In this document: in pieces, positions 25,784 to 37,672 of the stretch
Numbering within the stretch: position 1 is the first letter of the stretch
How the letters are laid out: each line of letters opens with the position of its first letter
Assembly: GCA_051047955.1 (NCBI GenBank)
Contig: JBPGPT010000026.1
Location: 62,001-126,000 of the forward strand
Length of the DNA: 64,000 nt
From: Cystobasidiomycetes sp. EMM_F5
Lineage: Eukaryota
Reading direction: 5' to 3'
Notes under the pieces: generated by a model
What the model saw: the letters and a program-made list of their open reading frames with translations, nothing else
Told to the model about the DNA's origin: nothing
Database searches by the model: none
Program-made: the position numbers and the translations under genes

Positions 25784-26314
25784 ATGAATACGGTCATCAG
25801 CGGAGTAGTGCTGACTGCTATACTGGATTTCGAGGTAACCCGTCGCGATGCGCAAGATGATCAGCACTACGTACTGTCACAGGGTATGAAATCTTACATT
25901 CTGAGGCGAATCGTCAAACTTCCCCGACTATCTCGTCTTCGACAAGACTGGACTCCGTATATCTGCCAGTTGTACGACAATGGGCAATTGACAAATTCTC
26001 TCTCGATTAGAGCCGTCTACGATGGCAACACGTTGACGCGTCTCGCCCGGCGGGTAGAGCACGCGGCCTGCGCAAATTTCTATATCGATATGGATGTCCG
26101 GGTGCAGGCTAAATACGAATACAGACCGCATTCGTTCACGCTGGCGGGAGACTTGCTTGAATTGCAAGAGCGTGATGGATATTGGCGCAAACAGATACTC
26201 AGGAAGGGATCACGCCGAGGCTTGCTAACATATGCTTGGCACACCCATGCACCAGTCAATCCTGCGACCCATATAGTCTACATGTATCCGCCAGTGGGTC
26301 TGTTCAGGACATAG
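25784..26314 (+). CDS. Hypothetical protein, no recognisable family
   Basis: Uninterrupted 176-codon ORF from ATG 25784 with globular-type composition, lying between SEC12 and the NIPA gene. Confidence 0.45.
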   Translation: MNTVISGVVLTAILDFEVTRRDAQDDQHYVLSQGMKSYILRRIVKLPRLSRLRQDWTPYICQLYDNGQLTNSLSIRAVYDGNTLTRLARRVEHAACANFYIDMDVRVQAKYEYRPHSFTLAGDLLELQERDGYWRKQILRKGSRRGLLTYAWHTHAPVNPATHIVYMYPPVGLFRT

Positions 26315-26436
26315 AATTCGACTAGAAAACTGCTAAAATTCGTTGTCTTTGCCATTGTGATGCCAAAAATGCTGTGATATGACAACAGTTACAACATACC
26401 TGCTACAGTAAAGCAAAGTTTCGTTACTCCAGCCCA

Positions 26437-28863
26437 CTAAACCGTGTCTCTTCTGCTCATAGGAACGCTGGATGTATTGCCATTAAAATGATGCGGTTCC
26501 TCAACAGCAGTAAAGTCAGCAGCAGACTCTCCTGGCGGATCACCTTCGCCAATTGCTGGACTGGCGCCACGGCTCAGATGAAGACGCTCAGAACTGCTGG
26601 AGCTATCGAGTCCTGATATACTGTTCTCAAGATCCTCAACGTCTACAAGCGAAAGCCGCGGATGATGCGATCCTTCGAATCTGCTGGCGATGAGCACGTA
26701 TCCTGGCGAGAATATGCGTGACGTCGCAAGGCTATGACCAGTGCGTAGAGGGATACCCGTTGCAATTGCGGTGGATGCCGGATCACTACGGGTAAAAGTA
26801 CCGAATGACGAGTACTTTCGAATCGTTTTGTGCGTTGGCTGAGAATGCCGCCTCGTCCGAGCTGGTGACGATTCCGATGGAATAGAAAGACCAGTCTCGA
26901 TGTTGGCGGATGGAGATTGCGCAGTACTTCCAGCTACTGGCGATACTTCCGTTTCGCGAGATCTGATGCGACGAGCGGCATCCGAAGCCGTTGCTGTGTT
27001 GACCTCTTCATCTGTTGGCGCGTTTTTCGCTCTTGTAAGCGTCACTACACCGATAAAGACCAAAATGCAGCCAGTAACTTTGCACCCTGTTTAGCAGCGT
27101 CACAAATACGTTTGACTATATAACTTACAGAACACGAAGACATCCCGCAAAGACACGTCTTCGAAGTCACGGAACAGGATAGCGGAGCCAACGATGGCAG
27201 ATATTGTGAAAGAAACGAATTGAGCGGGGACTACAACCTAATAAACCGATAAACTCAGGTGAGAGAGGAGCGACAGACGAAAGTACGTCACTAACTCTGG
27301 CTTCAAACCTCCGTAGCGCTCCTGACCAATTACGAACGTAAGTCAGCTTTGTCGAAATGCAACATTGTGTGCACAACTGACGGTTCAGAAATGCAATCTG
27401 TATGATAGCGGTACTGATAAGCACCGCGAGAACCGGGTATGTGATCCAATACCTAAAGCTGTACCTCTCGAGTCAGCTTTGCGCCCAGTACCAGAATAGG
27501 CAGTTTGCGTACCAGCCTAGGAAATATATAGTTAGAAAGCTGCCAAAGGCTTTCGTGCTCAAGACGGTGAAACCGCCCGAGAAAGCACAGACGAGGATGT
27601 CTATGGCAAGGTATTGGCTACCTGCACGGGTTTGAGACAAGCCGGACAGGATTCTGCAGGTCCCGTCAGTAACCCACTCACCCGCGTAACATTGCAAGAC
27701 TTACAGGATTAGTGCGAGACAAATGGAAGAGTATACAATGAATGCAGGCTGAGATATGGCTGCGATGAGTTCGGGAGGCCGTAGCTATATTATTTTAACG
27801 TCAGTTCGTAGGTCTCGCAAATATCTAAGGGAGCTAGGCCTACTGAGCGGTTGGCTTCGTTGCCAGCCAAGACGACAATGACAGCGCCAGCTACAGAGAG
27901 AGCTATGCCTACCACGTCCTGCTTGCGAAACTTCTCTTGCAAGAGGACTGGCGCAATAAAACAGTTGGCAATCAAGGCGGTCGTTCCAAGCGGGGCGACA
28001 ATCGATGCTGGTGCAAAGGCATAACTTACAGAATTTTGCGTCAGAGTTTGGTAGCGATGCATGGGGCTATAATTACCTGGTGAAATTACCCAATTCGCCG
28101 ACGGCCATCAACGCCAGACCCAGCCACCATACCTTTACATTCGCATCAGCGAGTTGTTGCAAAAGCCTTCAGAATTGCAATCTCAGCTCACTTTGCTTTT
28201 CAAATATAGATCAGGCTCCCCGTCCCGACTATGGGCTGAACTTCTGCTGATTGTACTTTCAGTTGTTATCGGCCTAGGCCGCTGTCGCGACGCCCTTGAT
28301 TCGGCCTTGATGTTGCGTCTACCGGGACTCAAATCTCTTATTCGATCGTCACGTATATGAATAGTTGTTTGAATTTTCCGCGAGCCAGAGAGACTGCTGG
28401 CTGCCAAGATGTTGTCGCTATTGTTACGACGGATATGCAGCCACTTGCGACGCAATCGGTCAGACTTCGATTCTAATGGTATCGGAGCACTTGATTCGGT
28501 CTCAGGGATTGTCTGTATCCGCCCTGGCTCGTATATGCTGATAGCTTGTACATCGCCAGCGACAATTTTCGATGTATCTCCGGTTCTATCATTCAATAAT
28601 GGAACCACCTCGAGTCGTTCAAGCGCTTTCAGAGGTGATCCGGTGCGCTTTCTATGTGAGGCATCCCTTCTTGTACGCTGTTTCGGCCTCGAGAGCCGTT
28701 CATGCGCCAGCTTTTGCGTACTAGAAGGTCACCATAATTTCAGTCTAAGCCCATTCACGAAACGCTTCGAAACCAACTTGAGGGCGAAAGCTATCAGGAT
28801 ATTTCCCCCAATTGCGAATGCTGACCCAACGTAGCTCGAGGATATCCAGCCATCCAGCAGCAT
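26437..28863 (-). CDS. NIPA-family (DUF803) magnesium transporter-like protein
   Basis: GGNILIAFALN.QKLAH, YLKSK.WWLGL, GELGNF.SYAFAPASIVAPLGT..LIANC, GGFTVLSTK, QIAFLNRALRRFE. Confidence 0.9.
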
Positions 28864-29089
28864 TGCTCAGACCGGTCTTCGCGAGCGGTACCTAACTGGC
28901 GCTTTTGAGACAACTTTCCCGGTTTCTGCCAGATCATGGAGTCCAGCTAGGAGCTTGCACAGCATATTGTCATGGCTTGATATACGACAGTGCGGCAGCT
29001 GTCCGTATTCGGAATGGTGAAGAGCTCAATAACCACAAAGGAGTCTGGCCCTTGTATCTTTTGATCAGCTGCCAATTACGCGCAATATC

Positions 29090-29971
29090 ATGTCGCAAGC
29101 TGAGCAGAGCTTCCGAAACCAGCTGCAAGGGTGCGAATATGTTTATGAAGATACGACTGGCGCTGATTCGGTCTCAATCGTCGCAGCTTTCGGTGGGCTC
29201 GCGGCGTCCAGGATGACAGCGGACGTGGAACAGCAGCTCCCGTTAATGGAGCAAACGGCACCACTTCCTCGCCCTTCTCACGACTCAGTAACACCCTAGG
29301 CTTGTCGGGGTACATCCCGCTTCGGTCGAATGAGCGAACAAACGAAGAAGAGGCGTATTTTGCCTTGTCGCGCTGGGAACGATTCCTTGGGTTTCTACTG
29401 TGCTGTGCAGGCGCAGCGATATGCTTCTTTGTCGCATTCTTGACGCTGCCCCTCCTGGCGGTCAAACCACGGAAATTCGCCCTGGCCTTTTCTTGTGGTA
29501 GCATCCTCTTTATGTTTGGGTGAGCGCAGTCTCATCGATACACGCCGAAGATTCCTTTGTTTTGACTCGGATTGGGTGTCATTCCAGATTCATGATACTG
29601 GCTGGACCCATTGCGCACCTCAAGCACATCACTTCGAAAGAACGACTACCATTTACTGCAGCCTGGCTAGGCAGTCTGATTCTAACACTGGTCTTCGCAA
29701 TTGGAGTATGTGAAATTGGAGCAGGCGAGGTGTGCACAAGACGTGCTGACGCCTTTGGCACAGAAACGGGCGTACCTTGCAACTTTGGTGTGCGCAATAA
29801 TTCAGATAGCGGCCCTGGTTAGCTATTTGGTGGCATACTTTCCGGGAGGCTTGACAACACTGCAGTTTGGTGGTCGGATGGCTTTAAGGGGGTAAGACCG
29901 TCCACGTTAGCATGTCGCGCCAAGGCTAATCGAATCTCGCAAACAGCGCTGGATCTATTTTACCAGTCTAG
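29090..29971 (+). CDS. SFT2: Golgi transport protein Sft2
   Basis: YIPLRS..EEEAYFALSRWERFLGF, KPRKFALAFSCGS, GPIAHLKHITSKERLPFT, YFPGG, ending GSILPV*. Confidence 0.92.
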
Positions 29972-30053
29972 TACTGCTGTAGCATAATTGTAACAATGAA
30001 CTGGTAGTCTTCGTTAAGAGTACAGCAAGCAAAGTCTGGCCAAGCGCTAAGCT

Positions 30054-30110
30054 GGCTTGCGGCTGACAACAAGGCTTGCGGCTGACAACAAGGCTTGCGG
30101 CTGACAACAA
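30054..30110. repeat. Perfect 19-bp tandem repeat x3 (GGCTTGCGGCTGACAACAA)
   Basis: Three identical adjacent copies between the convergent SFT2 and CTP1 stop codons. Confidence 0.95.
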
Positions 30111-30124
30111 TGATACTCACAAGT

Positions 30125-31651
30125 CTAAATACTTCTACCGCCAAGCAGAGTGATTACATTCTCATATCTGGCCAAGTAGTCGAGATTAGCCAAAGGCTTA
30201 AGGGTCGTTGCCAGCCATACTCACACAGTGAAAACAATACCACCCGATAACTGCAGTTGCGAATCTTATTAGGCACAATCTCACCACCGCAATGCAAGAC
30301 TTACTATCAGACGACCTAATCTGGGTGTCGTACCACGCCAGAAACTGCGCAATGGATAGAAATGAACAACGCTCATTTAGCAATAGATAGGTTCTCACCT
30401 CAATACACCTTCTTCACTGAAGATTCGATATGCTGCATGAAACGAATTCCTGTATTGCTCCTTAGCTCCGAGTGTTTGCATGCGCGTCTTGATTGTGTCA
30501 AGGGGCATGGTAGCTGGTACTAGCTAGTCAGCACACCGTTTGATAGCACTAACAATGTGCACGGCTAGACTCACAATACACCGTGATTGTACCCGCAGCT
30601 GCTCCAATCAAGAAAGTAAGCGTGGCGGGGAGACGTTCACCCGCTCGGGCGCTGCCCTGTACGAGTGACTGCAAAAGAAGCGTAAGCCAAGGGTACATGG
30701 ACAGAGCTTGGAACTTACCTTGAGTGATGAGTAGCTGGAGAAACGAACTGCCGAATTGGCACTCTGCCGCATGATGACGGGTACAAGCCCTCTGGCCGGG
30801 AACCTTCAGGGTCGTTCATGGCTCTCGTACAGCGGGAATGCACACCTGTATATCCCTAGGATTCCTTCCTCCCTGATGATAGTAGATGTACCATGTAATA
30901 AGCCGCGATATCTTGGATTAGCACTGCGGCGGTCATCGATAAGCTTAGTCCTGACAATGTCTTAAATCAGTATGAAAGCGAAATGTTCAGACTACATTGT
31001 CTGACTTGATAGTCTCTGAAGGTGTAACTGCCAGGATGGCTTCCATCGTGCCAGCGCCGAGTCCAGCTGAATATCAATATCATCAAATTGATTCGTGTGT
31101 AGTTCAGATGGGAAATTGCTAACCAGCTAGACTCCTCGGACCAGAGAGCTTTCCCTGATGACTGAACGATTTAACAACGGGCACAGTAAGTTCGAGACAT
31201 ATACGGGGCTCACGTCTTTATCCGCCAAAAGCGTCTTGAACTGGTCGTATGAAAAGAAACGGACGGCGGCCTTGACAGCATTCCCCGCTACCAATGCATT
31301 ACATCCTACGTAGAAGCCTTTGACTCCTCTTTGATTGAAAGTCTCCTTTGCGACGGTGAATGGGCTCGTTGACTATTTATGACGATCTTGGATCAGCACA
31401 TTTCGGTCCATGAACTTGCTGGCTTCCGAACCTTGCTAGAAGCGCCAGCTTTGCGTGCAAACTGCGATTGAGTCTTTACGAATTCGAACGGGTAAGTGAC
31501 AAAGCCTTCGATAGCACCGGCAGTTGCCCCGGCGAGCAACGCAGCAGATTGCGATTCATTCTGGCGAATGTAAGATCAGCCAAACTTGCTCATACCCGCA
31601 GGAGCTGTAGATGGTATTGCAGACCTTCTTGACCGGCTTGACTTGCGACAT
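30125..31651 (-). CDS. CTP1: Mitochondrial citrate/tricarboxylate carrier (SLC25)
   Basis: LLAGATAGAIEGFVTYPFEFVKT, GNAVKAAVRF, VTPSETIKT, FWRGTTPRLGRLILSGGIVFTVYE. Confidence 0.88.
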
Positions 31652-31732
31652 AACGCAAGGCTTTCAAGTTGGAAGACTTGGACGACGGAATCCCTACATG
31701 CCTCTCGACATCCTGCCAACACGCCATGATCG

Positions 31733-32542
31733 ATGCCAAACCATGTGCTACTGGTCAAGGAGCCAAAGGGACGTGCTGAGAATGACCCGTACACCCGAGA
31801 GCTGCAGCCATTCTACGCAGCCAGCTTCCTGCCGGCTTTGACGCACGTACTGTCCAACACCGAAGAATTGCAAGAAATAGTACGACAAGGCAATCATCAA
31901 CGCTTTGCCGGGGTCATCGCAACCTCGCAACGTGCAGTAGAGGCGTGGGAGACGGCCGGACGCGCTGTGCAGGCAGCACCTAGCCTATTTTGGAGCACAA
32001 CGCCTTTCTACGTAGTCGGTCCAGCTACCGCCGCGACAGTTTCGCGACTGCCAGTGCACATACGTCCCACGCAAGACAACATCATAGGTTCGAGCAGCGG
32101 CAATGCCGAGTCGCTAGCAGATCTCATGTGCGACCAGCCCAGCAGTGCACCGAATCTGCCGTACTTGTACCTCGTAGGCGACAAGCGGAGAGAGACTCTG
32201 TCTAGACGCCTGATAAAAGCCGATCGGCTCGTGCACGAGTTGCAGGTCTATGAGACTGCGCCGTCACCTACCTTCTTGCGCGATCTTTCCCGAGTCATTG
32301 CCGCGATATCTCCCAATTCTTTCGACTGGATCGTCTTCTTCAGTCCTTCCGGTGCCAAGCTCTTGCTTCCACTGATGCATGCACTACCGTCCTCAGCCAA
32401 GATTGCTGTAATTGGACCAACCACTCATGACTTCGTGTCCAAAGTCCCCTCTTTCAGCGTTCATGCTACGGCACAGAGCCCTTCTCCAGAGGCATTACTT
32501 TCTGCCCTACGGTATTTTGATGATATGTGCCTACCCCCATAG
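31733..32542 (+). CDS. HEM4: Uroporphyrinogen-III synthase (intronless)
   Basis: DPY, IATSQRAVEAW, FYVVGPATA, GNAESLA, YLVGDKRRETL, VYET, VFFSPSG, IGPTT. Confidence 0.92.
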   Translation: MPNHVLLVKEPKGRAENDPYTRELQPFYAASFLPALTHVLSNTEELQEIVRQGNHQRFAGVIATSQRAVEAWETAGRAVQAAPSLFWSTTPFYVVGPATAATVSRLPVHIRPTQDNIIGSSSGNAESLADLMCDQPSSAPNLPYLYLVGDKRRETLSRRLIKADRLVHELQVYETAPSPTFLRDLSRVIAAISPNSFDWIVFFSPSGAKLLLPLMHALPSSAKIAVIGPTTHDFVSKVPSFSVHATAQSPSPEALLSALRYFDDMCLPP

Positions 32543-33049
32543 TTCGCTGTGCAATCTCAAGCAACATTCCGGCTTCATGCGCACGGGAAGGCTTCGATCA
32601 ATCCATACATAGTTCCTGGAGACGCAGCAGCACCTCGGCAAAATCTGGCTTGAATCGCTGGAACCTTAGCCAGAAACAGGTCTGAATCCAGATCTGTCTA
32701 GGCAAACAGGTTCTATTGCGACCGATTCGAGTTCGTTCCACAGCCGTAGATACACCCTCGTATAGGCAGTATCTGAAACGAGACCTACATATCATAGAGT
32801 ATGAAATCCTGTATCAATGCCAGACGATCTAGTGTTCCTGGCCTCCTTTGCTGTAGCACGAGTCGTGCGTTGTCAGCATAGCTAATGAACAGCATTTACT
32901 GGTTCGGCGCGGATCTGCGTAGCATTACGCCTGTTGCCTTATTAACATGACCATGCCTACTATGAAGACCGAGCGATTATTCATGCTGTTTGTGGACGAA
33001 TATGTACAATTCGAGAATCTCTGCGCATATGCACTGCACCCGGGATGCA

Positions 33050-34962
33050 TTAGAACCACAAAGCCTTGTTCCACCACGCGTTGGCAGGCGTGTCAAGTAC
33101 GTCTGGTCCGATCGCTACACCAGTGGTGTTGATGTTAAGCACGTTCTTGGCGTTTGAATATGTCGGCCAATTGGTTGACTGGTTGAAACGTCGATTTGGG
33201 TCACCCGTCAAAGCGAACGACAGTAGATATCGTTGTATCGTAAGCTAGAGAGGGTACAATATTGGCTCGCGTCGTGCATGCTCAATGCAATGCATAAACT
33301 TACTGCAACATCTGGGTAGGTAACATTAGCACCGAACTCATTCGTGCCGCGATAAAAGTAGTAAGGGACATCGCTGGTGTGCGCAGCTCTGTGACATCGT
33401 CATTCAGCTCGTTTACGTCATAATTACTGCTGATTGATCCGCAGACTTACGGGGGCACTCCGAAGTTGTAATTCCAGGTAGCATTGCCAAGTGCTCGGTT
33501 GACTGATGTGTGAGCTTCGTGTCAGTACGCAATACGTGAACAGTATCGCAGGAGACTTACCAGCCGGGATCTTTGATACGAATTCAAAAGACTGATCAAT
33601 ATCAGCATACCAATTGCTGTAGTTGCCGCCATAATCCGACACGTTGTAGAAGGATAAAGCGGTATTGACGGCCTCTGGACGCATTAGAGGGAACACAGCA
33701 GACAAAGCGGCTGCGCCGGCGGCGGTGCTATTAATACCTCGACCAGGCCAAGCAGCGGCCAGAGGATTAGTTGGTGGAGGTAGAAGGTTGATCTCATGTT
33801 CGCAGTGTCCGATGATCATTGCACCGGTGTAGTTCATGTGACCTGTCGCAATGAGATACTCATACGGGTCGGTAAGGTAAGATCCGTCAACGCGCGGCTG
33901 GAGAGTGATGCCTGCTGCTTGTGCCAGTACTGTCGATGCATTTTGAATTGCAGCGAATGGTGCTTGTCTCATGCAGGTAACGCTGCCACCAGCGCAGCCT
34001 ACTGCAGCAGACACGTTCTGCCAAAGGGCTTCAGCTACATAGTTGCCGAGACTCGGTCGCAGAGCCGGTGAAGCGATGAATGCACGTGCGAACAGTGCTT
34101 GCCGAGTGCCGCCGTATCGGGTCAGGGACATAAGGATTTGACTGGCGCCAGCAGATTCTCCGAAAGCCGTTACTTGCGTAGGATCGCCGCCAAAGGCGCT
34201 GATATGCTGCTGAACCCATGTAAAGGCTGCGCTGACATCACCAAGTCCGACGTTTCCGGCAGCGGACGTCGTTTGCTGCAGTGTCGGACCTGAGGCAAAG
34301 CCCAAGTAGCCAAGCTAACCCGGAAAACGAAAGTTAGCGAAATAAGAACACGCATCTCGGGATGTTGCTTACGCGATACTGAATCGAGACGAAGATGAAG
34401 TTGGGTTCCAACATGAACAGACCTTCTGGTGTATCGCTGTTCTTGTCTAAGTGAAGGAATGATTGAGTTGAATATATCCGCCCTGGCTATGATCAGACTT
34501 ACTACCGGCTCTGAATCCACCGCCTACATAGGATCACAGCACACACGCAGCAATCGGACAGAAGCTACATCAGCAAAAGTTCTGTTTAATTCATTCTCTG
34601 AGGTGCGCACCGTGAACCCAAACAATTACAGGCAGTCTACCCGTGGCATTTATGGGCGCCCATACATCGAGAAATAGGCAGTCTTCGGCCAATGTGCAGC
34701 CGTTTGTGCCATTTGAAGCTGGGCTTCCGGTATTTGTGGCGTTCTCTTGTAACGGGGGCTGGGCCATAGCCCAACGAAGATTACCAACAGGTGGAGCAGC
34801 ATATCTGATGTTTTTGTATGTTGCTATTCCATTGCTGACGTTGGTAGCTTGACAAGTTGAATATCCCAAATTTACGGATGGAAGCGATGTTGCCTGTCGG
34901 GTAGAGATGGTTGCCGCACTAACACAACTTAGTGAAAAAGTCAGAAAAGTAAGAATGAGCAT
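33050..34962 (-). CDS. Secreted type-B carboxylesterase/lipase
   Basis: Signal peptide, NIRYAAPPVGNLRW, EDCLFLDVWAP, VHGGG, QYRLGYLGF, FGGDP..GESAGA nucleophile motif, HTSDVPY. Ends WWNKALWF*. Confidence 0.92.
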
Positions 34963-35384
34963 CTCGAAAATGTGTAATCAGCGGTCGTAGAAGAAGCAAA
35001 GCAAAGCCTTCGATGTAGAAGCTGCCGGCGTAAAGGGTCTGAGGACGTCCGGAGAAAATCACGGGGTAGCCGACGGGACATTTAGCTGGGCAAAAGTCCG
35101 GAAGCTGCGGTTGCGGATACTAAGGGCGCAGCAGCAGGCTCCCCGCAAAATTGCACTTCATAAGGCTTAAACCCGCTTTGAAATCCCGCTTTTCGACGAC
35201 GGAAGCTAAACGGGCTTTAGTTTCCTAAAAAGGAGAATGCAAGACCGGCGTCAGCGGCGGACATGATGCGTGAAGAACTGCCTTGCGGTCATGATCAGTC
35301 TTTTTTGTCACAATCTCTATACAATAGAATACATTCCCTTCTTCTTACTTATTATTAGCGGCATGCAACATTTGGGCGAGTTCG

Positions 35385-37200
35385 TCACCGAGAATCACTT
35401 CCGCTTCCCGTCGACGGTCTCGGTGTCCGCGGTCTGGGCATACCTTCGTTGCTCTCCGCTGTCGTACTTAAGAATGGGTTTTGACGAGGTAGAGGACTAG
35501 AGGTCGCTGAGGACGAGGCTTGCTCCTGCGCGTCGGAGCGAAGTCCAGATATGCTGCTGCGTCCAAGATGTGGCGGATTTTGCGAGCTAAAGACGGCCAG
35601 TGTCGAAGAAACACTTCGAGATGGCGATGCAGCGCCTGCCCGTGAAGGCGTCGACGCTCCAGATAATGTAGGGAAAGAAGGAGGGGCAGATCGCGGCGAG
35701 TGCAGTTGATCTGGCAATGAGCTACCTTGTACAGATCCGGCCGCACTTGATGGCAGCCTTCGGCTTGGAGCTGGAGAATTGTATGCCGATCCCATGGGAG
35801 TAACGTACGCTGATTGTCCGGGCGTCGGTGTCGGAGAAATCGCTCGGCTGGAAGAAGCAGCTTCTGCGGATGATATCGTGTCGTCCACAGACGCATTTCT
35901 CGATCGTTGAGATATGGGCGGCATTTCGTAGTCTTCTGGACCTCCGTTGGTCTGGTTCAGGTGCTTGTACCCAGACTCTCCGTCGTCTGTTATACCATTC
36001 ATGCCATTCACTCCAGCGCCAGGGAACGCGAAGGATGTACCTATGCGAGCACCAGCATTGGTAGCGGAGGTTGCATTTTGCATGCCAGGTTGTCTCGACA
36101 GGCCCCAATCGCGCATCCACGGGTCGGCATTCAAGAAGAAATAGAACGATCCAACAGCGAGGCTGGCACCCGCGACTAGATCAATGAGGTAATGGTGAGT
36201 GAGATACATGGTCGACCAGTATAGCCACAAGACGTAGACGACATAGATCACGCGATAGCGCGGGAAAAAGTGATTCAACAGAAGCGCGTCGGTCGTCGAG
36301 CATCCCGCATGCAATGAAGGGAAAGCGCCAAATGGCATAGGCGAGTTGGTGAAAGTATTGGTGTAGCCATTGCCGCCAAAGAGGGCGTCTATCCGAGCCA
36401 AGCCGCCAGGAGAACCTTTCATCGTGAAGTCTGCTGGAGCCATGCCGTACAATAGTTCGTACCCTGTACCAGAGCGTGGACCGTTCAGTCGTGTGGTTCA
36501 GGGAGATGAGGGCAGACTTACATGGCGGGGCGCAAGGAAAGAGACATTGGATGGTCACGCCAACGAAATTCATCCAGCCGAATACTTTTGCGAAAAACTT
36601 GACTGCTCCGGGTCTATTCATTTGGCCCATGATTAGCAAAGCTGCATATGTTTACGCATATGCGCATGCAACTACTTACGGGCCGAATATCCATATCAGA
36701 GCCGCGGCTACAAAGGGGAAGGAGAAGTGCATCACGCCATACGGTAGCCAGGCAAGAATGTCGAGAACGGAGCTAGTGTAGCGAGTTAGGATATCCGAAA
36801 TATTTGCGCCATAGAGGACAGATTCGAGGGTCGGGAGGACTGATACCCATATATGTGGACGGAGGAAGAGGATTGTGTATTTGGAAGAGAAGTAGTGCAG
36901 CAGCCACGAGAAGATTGGCGTCGCTGGCAGAACGAATTGGCCGGTGAAGGGTACCAAGACGAGCGTCGAGTATCCAACAATGACGATAGCTGGTCCCTCC
37001 CACCCTGGCATGACGTACATGTTGCAAGCCGCTACGGTGAGCAGGACGAGGTACTGAGCATCGCCTCGCCATGTAAATTGATGGTGCTGCAGTCGCTTTA
37101 TCGATATCCGTGGATCAAACGAGAATTCCAGTCGCGATATCGCGGCGAGGAGTGGGCCTGCAAGCCATTTTGGCAGAGAGATTGTTGCTAGGGATGGCAT
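35385..37200 (-). CDS. AUR1: Inositol phosphorylceramide synthase catalytic subunit
   Basis: VLPTLESVLYGANISDIL, AWLPYG, FPCAPPW, GSPGGLARID, FGAFPSLHAG, MYLTHHYLIDL. Long Ser/Pro-rich tail. Confidence 0.95.
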
Positions 37201-37672
37201 GGAAAGGGTTGACAGCCGGGGTGGTTGCGATGTTGTGTTCTAGGAGGATGCTTGTCCAATCTGCAATTATCTCTGCTTTCCTTTGCCGCTGCTAGACTTG
37301 CAATCCACGAATCGACTGGCCTGAAGCAGACTACGACGTCGTGACACTCGTATGATGCGACCTTTCTTTGCACCCAGCCAGAATTGCTACCCTACTCGTT
37401 GTAAGTCTGCCCGCCTCTGCCCTCTGTGCTGGGTCTTGCTTCTGTCCCGCCAAGCTACCACGGTCGCCGATGGGTCTCTAATCAGATATCCGCATAGTTA
37501 CCATACTGCATCCATGCATGGTTGGCAGCAAGTCATACAAGTATTGCTTGTATGTTCCAAGTCTTGAAATCCGATCATTCATTTGATACTGCTCCTTGAC
37601 GGCCTACCATGCAAGACTGACTGACTGACTGCGTGACTGCCATCTGCTAATTCCTTTCCATCCTGTCCCACC

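Noticed and set aside
30054..30110. Direct repeats as a CRISPR array
   Set aside because: No spacers, no cas genes and a eukaryotic context. It is a simple tandem repeat.
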